Source of the DNA: Dehalococcoidia bacterium
GTDB taxonomy: Bacteria > Chloroflexota > Dehalococcoidia > Lucifugimonadales > UBA3495
Length of the DNA: 64,000 nucleotides
NCBI GenBank assembly: GCA_965216065.1
Contig: CBDCFB010000001.1
Span: 1,442,218 to 1,506,217 of the forward strand
Direction of reading: 5' to 3'
The translations under genes and the position numbers were made by a program. The notes beneath the pieces were generated by a model. The model saw nothing but the letters and a program-made list of their open reading frames with translations. It was not told where the DNA came from and ran no database searches. Positions 54,309 through 63,803 of this stretch are shown here, one piece after another (within the stretch, counting starts at the first letter, position 1; every line of letters starts with the position of its first letter).

Positions 54309-54980
54309 ATGACAGAGTTCTCCCCCCAGCACTTCGAGCGCATGGACGAAGATGACGACCGCCTCTTCTACCGGCAGCCGCGCAGGGTGGTGCACATCGA
54401 CGACGGGGCCATTGCCGCCGTGGGTCGCCTCTTCCGGGAGCTGATTCCTCCCGATTCCGTTGTTCTCGACCTGATGAGCAGCTGGCGCTCCCACTGGCCC
54501 GCCGGGCACCCAAAGGCGAAGATGGTGGGCCTGGGTCTGAATCGCGAGGAAATGCAGGACAACCCGGGCCTTGACGAGGTTGTGGTCCACGATGTCAACA
54601 GGGACCTCGAGCTGCCCTTTGGCGATGACTCTTTCGACGCTGTCGTGATCACGGTCTCGGCCCAGTATCTGACTCACCCGGTGGACACATTCGGCGAGGT
54701 CAGCCGCATCCTCAAGCCGGGAGGGATGTTCATAGTCACCTTCTCCAACCGCATGTTCGCCACCAAGGCGGTCTACAACTGGCGGGCGTCCAGTGACCGG
54801 GGACGCGTGGACCTCGTCGGTTCCTACATGGAGGCTGCGGGCGGATTCGAGGACATTCAGGGCGTTTTTGCCAACCCCCAGGAGAGCCCCCCCGGCGACC
54901 CGCTCTTCGCTGTTCACAGCCGCAAGGCCGCGCCCGGGTCCACCAACCCCACCTTCCGGCCACCGCCGGAACAGACCTAG
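54309..54980 (+). CDS. class I SAM-dependent methyltransferase
   Basis: GGAGGAGG RBS before ATG 54309. Motif I-like VVLDLMSSW and FDAVVITVSAQYL. Confidence 0.7.
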   Translation: MTEFSPQHFERMDEDDDRLFYRQPRRVVHIDDGAIAAVGRLFRELIPPDSVVLDLMSSWRSHWPAGHPKAKMVGLGLNREEMQDNPGLDEVVVHDVNRDLELPFGDDSFDAVVITVSAQYLTHPVDTFGEVSRILKPGGMFIVTFSNRMFATKAVYNWRASSDRGRVDLVGSYMEAAGGFEDIQGVFANPQESPPGDPLFAVHSRKAAPGSTNPTFRPPPEQT

Positions 54981-55020
54981 ACCGGAGTCAACTCACTCTC
55001 CTTAGGAGGGTGTGGGGCTA

Positions 55021-55184
55021 AGAACTATCTCAAAACGACCATGGTGTCGTGCATTTGAACGGCTACCGCGTAGAACCTCTGGATTCCTGCTTTCGCAGGA
55101 ATGACGGTGAGGGACGCGGCGAGTCTTGAGATAGTCTCGTATTCCCTCTCCCGGAGGGAGAGGGTGAGGGTGAGGGTGAGGGCG
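55021..55184. repeat. composite repeat: AACTATCTCAAAAC-type end, REP hairpin (55081..55105), GEG hairpin (55142..55184)
   Basis: GGATTCCTGCTTTCGCAGGAATGACGG and TTCCCTCTCCCGGAGGGAGAGGGTGAGGGTGAGGGTGAGGGCG. Confidence 0.65.
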
Positions 55185-55274
55185 TACCCTCCTCCCGATC
55201 GGGAACCAAGGCTACTGTTACGGTCTTCGATTCTCCGGTATATGGCGGCTGTCACACACTCCCAGGGGAGGAGA

Positions 55275-56657
55275 TCATGGTGTTGGCGAGGCCTCCGGAC
55301 TCGAGTCCTTCCTTCCCGGAGGGACGGCGGCCAGCACCATCAGGGCAGCCAGCCCAATCGCCGAGCCGAAGATCACAAAGGGCGCCCGGTATCCCCCGCC
55401 GACGTCGAACATGAACCCCGATACGACGGGGCCGATGGCCTGCCCGCCAATCTGCGCCGGCAGCGTCAACCCCCGTATGGTTCCCAGGTGCTGCCGGCCA
55501 TAGTAGTCCGCCCATGCCAGGCGCAGCATGGTGTGCAGGCCTCCCACACCGGAGCCAAAGAGGAACCCGAAAACAATTCCCCAGCCCAGTTGCTGGCTGA
55601 AGGCGATGCCGAACACACCTCCGGTCACCCATCCCGCCGAGATTGCCAGCATCATACGCACCGGCAGCCGTCGGCCCACTCCCGACCACACCATCCCGCC
55701 CGGGATCTGGCCCAGCGCAAAGGCGGTCGCAACCAGCGCGGCCCGTCCGTGGGATACCCCGGCGTCGACGTAGTGGGCTGTCTGGTGCAGGCTCACGCCC
55801 GCCTGGGCCATGAAACCCACCATCGAGAAGAAGGCAAGTATCCAGAAGGCCGGGGTACGGAGCGCTTCGTGCACGGTGTAGTCGGTGTCCCGCCAGGTCG
55901 AGGACTGGGCGGCCTGGGCGGTTGTCGGGCTGGTCGACGGTGCCTGTTCCTGTTTCCCTTCAGGGGCCGGGTCGGGTGCCAGGCCCAGATCCTCAGGCCG
56001 GCGGGCCATCAGCAGCAGTGGAGGCAGCACCCCCGTCGCCACGGTGAACACGCCCAGGGTCACCCACGCTGAACGCCAGCCCAGGACGTCAATGAATATG
56101 GCGGCGGCGAGAGGCAGCAGGCCAAGCCCCACGCCCTGAACAGCCCCGAAAGAGGCCAGTGCCATCGGCCTGCGCCGGATGAACCAGTTGCTGATGGCCG
56201 TCGTCGTCCCCAGTTCCAGGGGACTGGAAAATACCGCCCGCCCCGGTATATAGATCGCGTAGAACGACCAGGCCTGCGATACCACCGCCAGCAGCAGCGC
56301 GCAGGTACCGACCACTGCCGAGCACCCGGCCAGGATTACCCCGGACCCGTACCGGTCGATCATCCGCCCGGCAAAGGGCGACATCAGGAGTCCGCATACC
56401 GCGCCTAGGCTCACGGCTCCGGAAAACAGGCCCCGCGACCAACCGAACTCCTCGGTCATCGGAATGACGAAGACCGAAAGCACCGCGACGGACGCCACAG
56501 GCCGCGCCCCGAAGCTGGGAAGACTAGCCATCGCAAAGATGACCCACCCGTAATATACGGGCAGCCGCCCCGCCAGTCGTTCCCGGACAGTGCTGCCGCT
56601 CGGCATTCCCCCACCCGGCTCCGTGTTCACGAATCCGGCGTAGTGTAACACCGCCAC
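55275..56657 (-). CDS. MFS transporter (start may be the internal ATG near 56606)
   Basis: 460 aa, multi-TM. Confidence 0.8.
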   Translation of the reverse strand: MAVLHYAGFVNTEPGGGMPSGSTVRERLAGRLPVYYGWVIFAMASLPSFGARPVASVAVLSVFVIPMTEEFGWSRGLFSGAVSLGAVCGLLMSPFAGRMIDRYGSGVILAGCSAVVGTCALLLAVVSQAWSFYAIYIPGRAVFSSPLELGTTTAISNWFIRRRPMALASFGAVQGVGLGLLPLAAAIFIDVLGWRSAWVTLGVFTVATGVLPPLLLMARRPEDLGLAPDPAPEGKQEQAPSTSPTTAQAAQSSTWRDTDYTVHEALRTPAFWILAFFSMVGFMAQAGVSLHQTAHYVDAGVSHGRAALVATAFALGQIPGGMVWSGVGRRLPVRMMLAISAGWVTGGVFGIAFSQQLGWGIVFGFLFGSGVGGLHTMLRLAWADYYGRQHLGTIRGLTLPAQIGGQAIGPVVSGFMFDVGGGYRAPFVIFGSAIGLAALMVLAAVPPGRKDSSPEASPTP

Positions 56658-56754
56658 TCACCGGCCACTGCGGTTGACGCGGCGGATTTGACCTTCAGGA
56701 GGGACTGTACTTCAAGGGTGCTATACTTACCGCCAAAAACAGTCAGGCAGAAGA

Positions 56755-58560
56755 ATGGCCCGCACATTCCGGCTGGCGCTGGCCCAGATCAACCTCACCG
56801 TCGGAGACCTCCCCGGCAACACCTCCAGGATGCTGGAATGCCTGCATCGGGCCCGCGAAGCCGGCGCTGACCTTGTCGCCTTCCCGGAACTGGCAACCAC
56901 CGGCTATCCCCCTGAAGACCTCCTGTTCAAGAAGTCCTTCATCGACGCGAACCTCCTGGCTATGGAGCAGGTCGTGTCCGAGTCCCACGGCATGGCCGTA
57001 GTTCTTGGATATGTTCAGCCACGAGAGTCCGGCATCGCCAATTCCGCCGCCGTCGGCCACGACGGGCGGTTGATCGACACCTACGACAAGATATTCCTGC
57101 CCAACTACGGCGTCTTCGACGAGGAGCGCTACTTCGTAAAGGGCAACGTCTGTCCCGTTTACGAGATCGGTGGCGTCCGCATCGGTGTGAACGTATGCGA
57201 GGACATCTGGTTTGCCGAAGGACCATCCGCAGTGCAGCGCCAGGCAGGGGCGGAACTGATTGTGAACATCAACGCCTCTCCCTTCCACGCCGGCAAGAGC
57301 GCCTACCGTCGCGACAGCATCGTTGGCAGCCGCGCCACCGAGAACGGCCTGTTCGTCGCCTACCTGAACACCGTCGGCGGGCAGGACGAACTGGTCTTCG
57401 ACGGCAACAGTGTGGTCTGCGACCCATGGGGAGGTGTCGTCGCCCGCGGTCCGGCATTCCAGGAGTCCATGGTCCTAGCCGACATCGACGTTGATACCGT
57501 CCCGCCCCTGTCTTCCCGTCAGCGAGAGGGCGGTCAGCGGGAGGGTGAATGCGAGTCCAGACTGGCCGTTGTCGGGTCCCCCAGGGTGTTCCAGGTCTCT
57601 GGCTACCGCCCTGACCGGGAACGCCCTTCGCTCCCCCCGCCAACGCGATCCGATGAAGTGGACGAGATCGAGGAGATATACCGGGCCCTCGTTCTGGGCA
57701 CGCGGGACTATCTGCACAAGACCGGCTTCAGCAAGGCCATCGTGGGGCTCTCAGGCGGCATCGATTCCGCCCTGACCGCCGTCGTCGCTTCCGACGCCCT
57801 CGGTTCGGATAACGTGCTCGGCATCACCATGCCGTCCCGCTATTCCTCCAGTGGCAGCGTCGATGACTCCGCGATTCTGGCGCGAAAGCTGGGCATCGAC
57901 TTCTGGGAGATCCCCATCGAACCGGCCCATACCGCCTTCGCCGGGATGCTGGAGGAGCGTTTCGCCGACACCACGCCCAACGTGGCCGAAGAGAACGTAC
58001 AGGCCCGCATTCGTGGCAACGTCCTGATGACCGTCTCCAACAAGTTCGGCTGGATCGTGCTCACCACCGGCAACAAGTCCGAGATGGCCATGGGCTACGC
58101 AACTCTGTACGGCGACATGGCTGGCGGTTTCGCGGTGCTCAAGGACGTCCACAAGATGACGGTGTACGCCCTCAGTCGCTGGCGAAACGCCAACGGTCAC
58201 AAATTCCCTCTCTCAAAGGGAGAGGGTCAGGGTGAGGGCGTCCCCGGCAACGATGTGATACCCCAGGCCATCATCGACAAGCCCCCCAGCGCCGAGCTCC
58301 GCGAGGGACAGCTGGACGAGGACAGCCTCCCACCCTACGACATGCTCGACCCGGTGATCCAGGCATACGTCGAGGACGACCGCAGCTACGCCGAGATGGT
58401 GGACATGGGCTTCGACCCGGCGGTCGTGCGTCAGGTGATTGCCGCCGTCGACCGCAACGAGTACAAGCGGCGCCAGGCCCCACCCGGCGTCAAGATCACT
58501 CCGCGAGCCTTCGGCCGCGACCGACGTCTGCCCATCGTCAACCGTTACCGCCAAGTGTGA
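56755..58560 (+). CDS. nadE: glutamine-dependent NAD+ synthetase
   Basis: N-terminal CN-hydrolase domain plus a synthetase domain with the PP-loop GLSGGIDS and KPPSAELR. Confidence 0.9.
   Translation: MARTFRLALAQINLTVGDLPGNTSRMLECLHRAREAGADLVAFPELATTGYPPEDLLFKKSFIDANLLAMEQVVSESHGMAVVLGYVQPRESGIANSAAVGHDGRLIDTYDKIFLPNYGVFDEERYFVKGNVCPVYEIGGVRIGVNVCEDIWFAEGPSAVQRQAGAELIVNINASPFHAGKSAYRRDSIVGSRATENGLFVAYLNTVGGQDELVFDGNSVVCDPWGGVVARGPAFQESMVLADIDVDTVPPLSSRQREGGQREGECESRLAVVGSPRVFQVSGYRPDRERPSLPPPTRSDEVDEIEEIYRALVLGTRDYLHKTGFSKAIVGLSGGIDSALTAVVASDALGSDNVLGITMPSRYSSSGSVDDSAILARKLGIDFWEIPIEPAHTAFAGMLEERFADTTPNVAEENVQARIRGNVLMTVSNKFGWIVLTTGNKSEMAMGYATLYGDMAGGFAVLKDVHKMTVYALSRWRNANGHKFPLSKGEGQGEGVPGNDVIPQAIIDKPPSAELREGQLDEDSLPPYDMLDPVIQAYVEDDRSYAEMVDMGFDPAVVRQVIAAVDRNEYKRRQAPPGVKITPRAFGRDRRLPIVNRYRQV
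58204..58240. repeat. GEG-type hairpin repeat embedded in frame within nadE
   Basis: TTCCCTCTCTCAAAGGGAGAGGGTCAGGGTGAGGGCG is nearly identical in its tail to the intergenic copy at 29066..29101. Translated as FPLSKGEGQGEGV. Confidence 0.8.
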
Positions 58561-58654
58561 GGACCGGAACGCTTTCCCGACTGCTTGGATCGATGCCATG
58601 GAGCCTTGCTGTGGATTGAGCTGCACCGAACCGTGGGGCTCCCCTGGGCAACCC

Positions 58655-59380
58655 ATGAACATCACCGTCATCGTCCCCGCGTTCAACGAGGAAGCCTATC
58701 TCGCCACCACCCTGGACTCCATTAACGCTGCCGCAGCCTGCCTTCGCTCCAACTGCAGTGCCAGCACCGAGATAATCGTGGTCGACAACAACAGCACGGA
58801 TGCCACGGCGAACCTGGCAGCAAGCAAGGGAGCGAAGGTCGTTCACGAACAGGAGCAGGGCATTGCAAGGGCACGGAACGCCGGAGCACGCCACGAAAGG
58901 GGCGATGTGCTTGTCTTCATCGACGCTGACGTTGCCGTTCCGCCAACTCTCCTCGAGGCCATTCACGACTCAATTAGCAACCCAGCCTGCGTGGGTGGCG
59001 GAGTGGATGTGAAATACAGTCCCCAGAGCCGAATGATAAGGCTCTATCTGTGGGCTTGGCGACTCCTCGGCCGGGCAACGGGTATGGTGCAGGGAGCTAC
59101 CCAGTTCTGTCGAAAAGACTCCTTCCTCCAGATTGGCGGATACGACGAGACCGCCTGGATAGGCGAGGACGTCGACTTCTACTGGGCTCTGAGGCGACTC
59201 GCCCGGAGTACCGGCGGGAGTGTCGCGCTGATCAGGGAACCACGGGTTTACCCGTCGACCCGACGCTTCGACAGGTGGCCGCTCTGGAAGACGCTGGTCT
59301 GGACCAACCCCCTCTTCATCGCCCTGCTGCGGCGAAGGAAGCGGGCATGGGCTGGTTGGTACTCCCGTCCGGTTAGGTAG
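58655..59380 (+). CDS. family 2 glycosyltransferase
   Basis: Trimmed to ATG 58655 (MNITVIVPAFNEE...). DxD-like motif FIDADV. Confidence 0.8.
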   Translation: MNITVIVPAFNEEAYLATTLDSINAAAACLRSNCSASTEIIVVDNNSTDATANLAASKGAKVVHEQEQGIARARNAGARHERGDVLVFIDADVAVPPTLLEAIHDSISNPACVGGGVDVKYSPQSRMIRLYLWAWRLLGRATGMVQGATQFCRKDSFLQIGGYDETAWIGEDVDFYWALRRLARSTGGSVALIREPRVYPSTRRFDRWPLWKTLVWTNPLFIALLRRRKRAWAGWYSRPVR

Positions 59381-59415
59381 CAAGCCGACAGGGTCGCCAA
59401 GGCAACCCCCACCAA

Positions 59416-59533
59416 GAAACTATCTCGAAACTTGCTTCGGTCCCTAAACCGTCATTCTCGCGAAAGCGGGAATCCAGTAACACTTGCTGGTAAGTGCTCA
59501 AGGCCATCAGAGGATAATCGTTTTGAGAAAGTT
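59416..59533. repeat. short palindromic element with REP hairpin core (approximate bounds)
   Basis: The ends GAAACTATCTCGAAAC and GTTTTGAGAAAGTTGC are imperfectly inverted. The core is GTCATTCTCGCGAAAGCGGGAATCCAG (59461..59486). Confidence 0.5.
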
Positions 59534-59534
59534 G

Positions 59535-60014
59535 CTAAGGCCCCCGCGTCAGGCTGTACACGGCCAGCCCGCCCTGGCACAGTAACATCAGAATTATCCC
59601 CACCTGCGGAAAGACCAGCCGGCCTGCGATGAGGTGTTCGCTGCTGGTCACGCTGCCTGAGAACAGCACGATCAGGAGCGGCAGCAGCGCGGCCACCGCG
59701 CTTGACTTGACCGGGTGCTGGTATCTCCAGATCTTTGCGAACACGTATATCGACAGGCCAGCAACAATCGCCGGCACGAAGAAAAGCGAGAAGGCGCCCG
59801 GCACGCTCTGCTTGGTCATCTCCCAGCGCTCGGTGCCCGTGGCCAGGAAGTAGGCAATCAGCTCGGCCCCGCTGAGGGATGACTCGGCGCCGTCCAGGTA
59901 CACCCAGGGCAACATCATGCTGGCTATCGCCACGATGGCAAGCAGGTTGCGCCACAGGTAGGTGTTGCGGAAGAAGGCACGCAGTGCGTCCGGGATCCTT
60001 TGGCTGGCTGCCAA
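59535..60014 (-). CDS. integral membrane protein (about 4 TM; unknown function)
   Basis: 159-aa ORF-track ORF, hydrophobic throughout. Confidence 0.55.
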   Translation of the reverse strand: MAASQRIPDALRAFFRNTYLWRNLLAIVAIASMMLPWVYLDGAESSLSGAELIAYFLATGTERWEMTKQSVPGAFSLFFVPAIVAGLSIYVFAKIWRYQHPVKSSAVAALLPLLIVLFSGSVTSSEHLIAGRLVFPQVGIILMLLCQGGLAVYSLTRGP

Positions 60015-60037
60015 TTCCTACCGTTCCTGCAGCGGGC

Positions 60038-60850
60038 CTACTGGCCGGCCTTCGGTCCGAAGACCTCGTAGATCCGTTCGGTCTCCCGCTCGAAGGTGGC
60101 CAGTTCGTCGTTCAACGCGGTGAGCGCCACGGGCATCCGGTGGAAGCCCTCATAGACCGAGGCGAAGGAGGCCGACAGTTCCAGCTTCGTGATGCGAATG
60201 TTCATGTCGTCCAGATTCGTCTTGATGGCCTGGGCCTGGGCCAGGACCGCGCTGGCCTGTCCCATCCACTTGACCAGCTGCTCCCGTTCCAGCGCGTCGA
60301 CCTGCTGCATCCTGGCCCGCACTTCGGGATTGTTGATGTTGCGAGTCAGACGTTCCTGGGTCTCCAGGTAATCGCCGCCCATGGCCTCCGCGTACTCCAC
60401 GCGGTACTTGAAACGCTTGAACTCCTCGGCAGCCCTGGCGTAGCGAGGGTCCCAGACCGACTTGAGCTGGTTCACCGCCTGGATATACTCGGTGCTGCCC
60501 GGCTCCAGTTCCTGCTGGGCCTTGTTCAGCAGCTCCATGGCATCCTTGACGGCGTGCTCGGCCGGGGTGAGGGTGGCCTTGGGGGTCGGCGTGGGCTCGT
60601 CCTTCTCGGCGTCGCCTTCCGGCTGGCCGTTTCCGCCCCCTGCAAGGGCTGAGAAGAGGGACACTGGCGGGGGTATGACTTCGCTGTACGACTCGCTGAG
60701 GGACTCAGCCTTGGACTGGGTGCGGTCGGCTGCCTCCACCAAGCGGGTTGCCTCGTTGTCGCTCCCGTCGGTGAATACTGCAGACCCCAGCGGCCCTGCG
60801 ACTCCAATAATGGCGACCATGGCCACCACAAGCAGGGCGAATCTCAACAT
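60038..60850 (-). CDS. membrane-anchored coiled-coil protein (unknown function)
   Basis: 270 aa with the N-terminal TM helix MLRFALLVVAMVAIIGVAG followed by helical, charged sequence. Confidence 0.55.
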   Translation of the reverse strand: MLRFALLVVAMVAIIGVAGPLGSAVFTDGSDNEATRLVEAADRTQSKAESLSESYSEVIPPPVSLFSALAGGGNGQPEGDAEKDEPTPTPKATLTPAEHAVKDAMELLNKAQQELEPGSTEYIQAVNQLKSVWDPRYARAAEEFKRFKYRVEYAEAMGGDYLETQERLTRNINNPEVRARMQQVDALEREQLVKWMGQASAVLAQAQAIKTNLDDMNIRITKLELSASFASVYEGFHRMPVALTALNDELATFERETERIYEVFGPKAGQ

Positions 60851-60896
60851 ACCTGATCTCCTTCAGGAGATTTCGTTCCTGCGGGTCGCGCTGCTT

Positions 60897-62378
60897 TCAG
60901 TCCCCCGTTGCTGCGGATTCGCCGGCTCGGGGCGCCGGCAACTCTGAGCGGGGCTCGGTTTTTGGCCGGCCCTGCAGGAACGATATTGTCATTGATGCGA
61001 TAACCAGGGTAATGAGGACATAGAAAGCGTAACGCATACCCACGGCGAACGCGCCCCTCACTCCCTCAACTGCGTCATTGCGCACTGCCTCCAGGCTGGG
61101 CTCGAAGCCCAGCGAACCCATCGTTATGGTTACGATGGTGGTGGCGATGGCAAGGCTCATCACGTTGGCTGAATTTCGGACAAGGTTAAGGAACCCCGCG
61201 ACCACGCCGTAGCTTTCGCGCCCCACCGCGCTCAACACCGAGCTGGAGTTGGGCGAGTAGAAAGTGCCCATTCCGCCGCTGATCAGTATCAGGCCCGGGA
61301 TCACCTCGTACAGGTGAGAGGTCTCGGTCACCCGGCTGAGTATTATCAACCCGACGGTGGAGGACGCCATGCCGCCCACTGTGAACCAGCGCCACCCGAA
61401 CTTGTCCGACAGCGTGCCGCTGACCGCTCCCAAGATGGCCATGCACAGTGCGCCCGGCATCACCACCAGTCCGGCAATCTTCGGGCTGAATCCCAGCACG
61501 TTCTGGATATAGAACGGCATCAGGAAAAGCACCGCAGATTGCCCCAGGAAGGTCAGGAACGCCGCCGCCACGCCGCAGGAGAACACCCGGTCCCGGAAGA
61601 ACCGCAGGTCGAACATCGGGACCGGCGCCCTCAGTTCCCACCAGATGAATCCGATGAACATACTGGCCGAAAGCACGAAGGCTACCAGTATGGGCACCGA
61701 TGTCCAGCCGCGGCTGACGGCCAGGGTCAGGCCCAGCAACAGGGCCACGAGCACCCCGGTGGATAGGAACGCGCCCGTCCAGTCGAAGCTGCTGCCCTTC
61801 GAGGCCCGGTCCGACTCCCAGCGGCGCAACACGGCCAGCGTGACGGCTACGCCCAAAAGGCCCAGGGGGATGTTCAGGAAGAACACCGCCCGCCAGTGGA
61901 TGAAGTCAACCACCAATCCGCCGATGGCTGGCCCGACCACTGCGCCAACTCCCACGGTGGTCATGAGCAGGCCCACGGCCCGGCCTCGCTCATGGGACGG
62001 GAACACGGAGGTCATGATCGCCATACCGGTGCCCTGGGTCATGGCCGCGCCGACACCCTGCAGGATGCGGGCCAGCAGCAGTGTGGCCAGGTTGGGAGAG
62101 AACCCCGCTGCCGCCGCGCCAACCACCAGGATGACGCTGCCCAGGATGTAGACCCTCTTCTGGCCGATTATGTCGGCCATCCTTCCCATGGGCAGCAGCA
62201 GGGCGCTGATGACCAGGGCGAACCCGATGACCACCCACTGAACGCTTGGCAGCTCGATGTACAGGTCTTCCGCAATGGAAGGCAGCGCCACGATGACGCT
62301 GCCGTGGTCTACGACCGAGGCAAAGAGCCCGATCGCCAATGCTCCGAAAACAAGGTACTTGCTGCCGCTCTGATTCAC
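60897..62378 (-). CDS. MFS transporter, DHA2 (EmrB/QacA-like, 14-TM) type
   Basis: 493 aa with LPSIAEDL...WVVIGFAL... typical of the DHA2 N-terminus. Confidence 0.8.
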   Translation of the reverse strand: MNQSGSKYLVFGALAIGLFASVVDHGSVIVALPSIAEDLYIELPSVQWVVIGFALVISALLLPMGRMADIIGQKRVYILGSVILVVGAAAAGFSPNLATLLLARILQGVGAAMTQGTGMAIMTSVFPSHERGRAVGLLMTTVGVGAVVGPAIGGLVVDFIHWRAVFFLNIPLGLLGVAVTLAVLRRWESDRASKGSSFDWTGAFLSTGVLVALLLGLTLAVSRGWTSVPILVAFVLSASMFIGFIWWELRAPVPMFDLRFFRDRVFSCGVAAAFLTFLGQSAVLFLMPFYIQNVLGFSPKIAGLVVMPGALCMAILGAVSGTLSDKFGWRWFTVGGMASSTVGLIILSRVTETSHLYEVIPGLILISGGMGTFYSPNSSSVLSAVGRESYGVVAGFLNLVRNSANVMSLAIATTIVTITMGSLGFEPSLEAVRNDAVEGVRGAFAVGMRYAFYVLITLVIASMTISFLQGRPKTEPRSELPAPRAGESAATGD

Positions 62379-62535
62379 TATCGCTAGGGCATAAAACGAT
62401 CCTGGGGCAGCTCTACCCCGGCGTCAATATCCCAATCTCCTATCTTCCCATTATACTTTATTCTGCCGAAACGGGGGTCAGGGCTCATCTTTATCCGATT
62501 TAGTGATAATGCACAAGGACTTTGGAGGAGCAATC

Positions 62536-63096
62536 ATGGCCAGAATTCCAACAGCCAGCAGGGACACTGTACCCCAGGACCAAGCGGAGGCCTTTGACGA
62601 TTACGTGGCCGAGCGAGGCGGTATCCCGGAGACCGGCCCCTTGTCAGTCATGCTGCATGTGCCGGAGCTGATCAAGCGCGGCGAGCACCTGCGCGCTTAC
62701 CTGCGGGGAGGGGAGTCCAGCCTGCCCGCCAACATCAGGGAGTTGGGAATGCTGGTAGCGGCACGAGAGATGGACTGCCAGTTCATCTGGAACGCTCACG
62801 CCGCCATGGGACGCCAGTCGGGCCTGAGCGACGACCTGGTTGACCGCCTGCGGGACAAAAAGGAACTCACCGGGCTTTCGCCGGCGGAATCAGCCGTAAT
62901 CGAATACGGACGCGAGTTCTTCCGCACTCACCGGGTGAGCCAGGAGAACTTCGACAACGCCATGGCCCAGTTCGGTACCCAAGGGCTGGTGGAGCTCACC
63001 ACGCTCATGGGCTACTACGCCTGCCTGGCCTTCAACATCAACGCCTTCGAGGTGGGCCTTCCTGCTGAGACAACCGAAGTTCCCCTTCCGGTTTAG
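62536..63096 (+). CDS. carboxymuconolactone decarboxylase family protein
   Basis: GGAGGA RBS before ATG 62536. CMD-type motif REMDCQFIWNAH. Confidence 0.75.
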   Translation: MARIPTASRDTVPQDQAEAFDDYVAERGGIPETGPLSVMLHVPELIKRGEHLRAYLRGGESSLPANIRELGMLVAAREMDCQFIWNAHAAMGRQSGLSDDLVDRLRDKKELTGLSPAESAVIEYGREFFRTHRVSQENFDNAMAQFGTQGLVELTTLMGYYACLAFNINAFEVGLPAETTEVPLPV

Positions 63097-63117
63097 CCCA
63101 GCGGGTGCCGCTCCGTC

Positions 63118-63260
63118 CAGGGTCTTTTAGTTGTCGAATAACCCGTGGTTGTCGAATAACCCGTTGGTCCTGAGCCTGTCGAAGGGCCGTCCCTTCATGG
63201 TTCGACAAGCTCACCACGAACGGACTTGCTAAAGTTGCCATGGAAGACTAAAAGGCCCTG
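63118..63260. mobile_element. MITE-like element type A' (LSNH core), 143 bp, with internal 19-bp duplication
   Basis: Ends are CAGGGTCTTTTAGT... and ...ACTAAAAGGCCCTG. Perfect 10-bp direct repeat CCGCTCCGTC at 63108..63117 and 63261..63270. Confidence 0.85.
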
Positions 63261-63282
63261 CCGCTCCGTCTAACTCCAGAGC

Positions 63283-63705
63283 CTAGTTCGCTTCGACAGC
63301 GTAGAATGCCACTCGCCTGTCGCTCTGGCCTGCCACAGACGCAACCACGCTGTAAACGCCGTGTCGAGGCAGCGTCCACCGGTTGTTGATGACTGCAGTG
63401 GCCCGGAATGACTGGCCCTGCGTGGCAGTGACCGGTCGGCCGACATTCACGGTGGCTTCAACCTCTGGGAGTACGGGGTTGCCGTCTTCGTCCTCGATCC
63501 GGATACCCAGGCGGTGGGGCTCGTTGGTCAGGTTCCATGGCACCAGGACGCCAACGACGATGGTCAGCGGAACCGGGGCTTCGATGTCTCTGATGTGGCG
63601 CCGGTCCCAAGCCCCGCCCATCATGTACAGCTTGCCGTTGAGCACCTCGGCTCGATCGGCAAGCAGCAGGAAGTCGACCTCAACCTGGTCAATTCCCGGT
63701 GTCAT
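63283..63705 (-). CDS. hypothetical protein (140 aa)
   Basis: ORF 63283..63873 trimmed to ATG 63705 (MTPGIDQVEVDFLLLADRAEVLNGKLYMMGG...). Beta-rich. No family confidently recognised. Confidence 0.5.
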   Translation of the reverse strand: MTPGIDQVEVDFLLLADRAEVLNGKLYMMGGAWDRRHIRDIEAPVPLTIVVGVLVPWNLTNEPHRLGIRIEDEDGNPVLPEVEATVNVGRPVTATQGQSFRATAVINNRWTLPRHGVYSVVASVAGQSDRRVAFYAVEAN

Positions 63706-63803
63706 TCGGGTATCTGAGGTCCTTCCAGCAGGATCGCATCGTAAGAGGCCCCGTGGCAAGAGGCCCGGCAGCGTGCCCATCTGGCCGTTAGACGATTCAC
63801 CGG

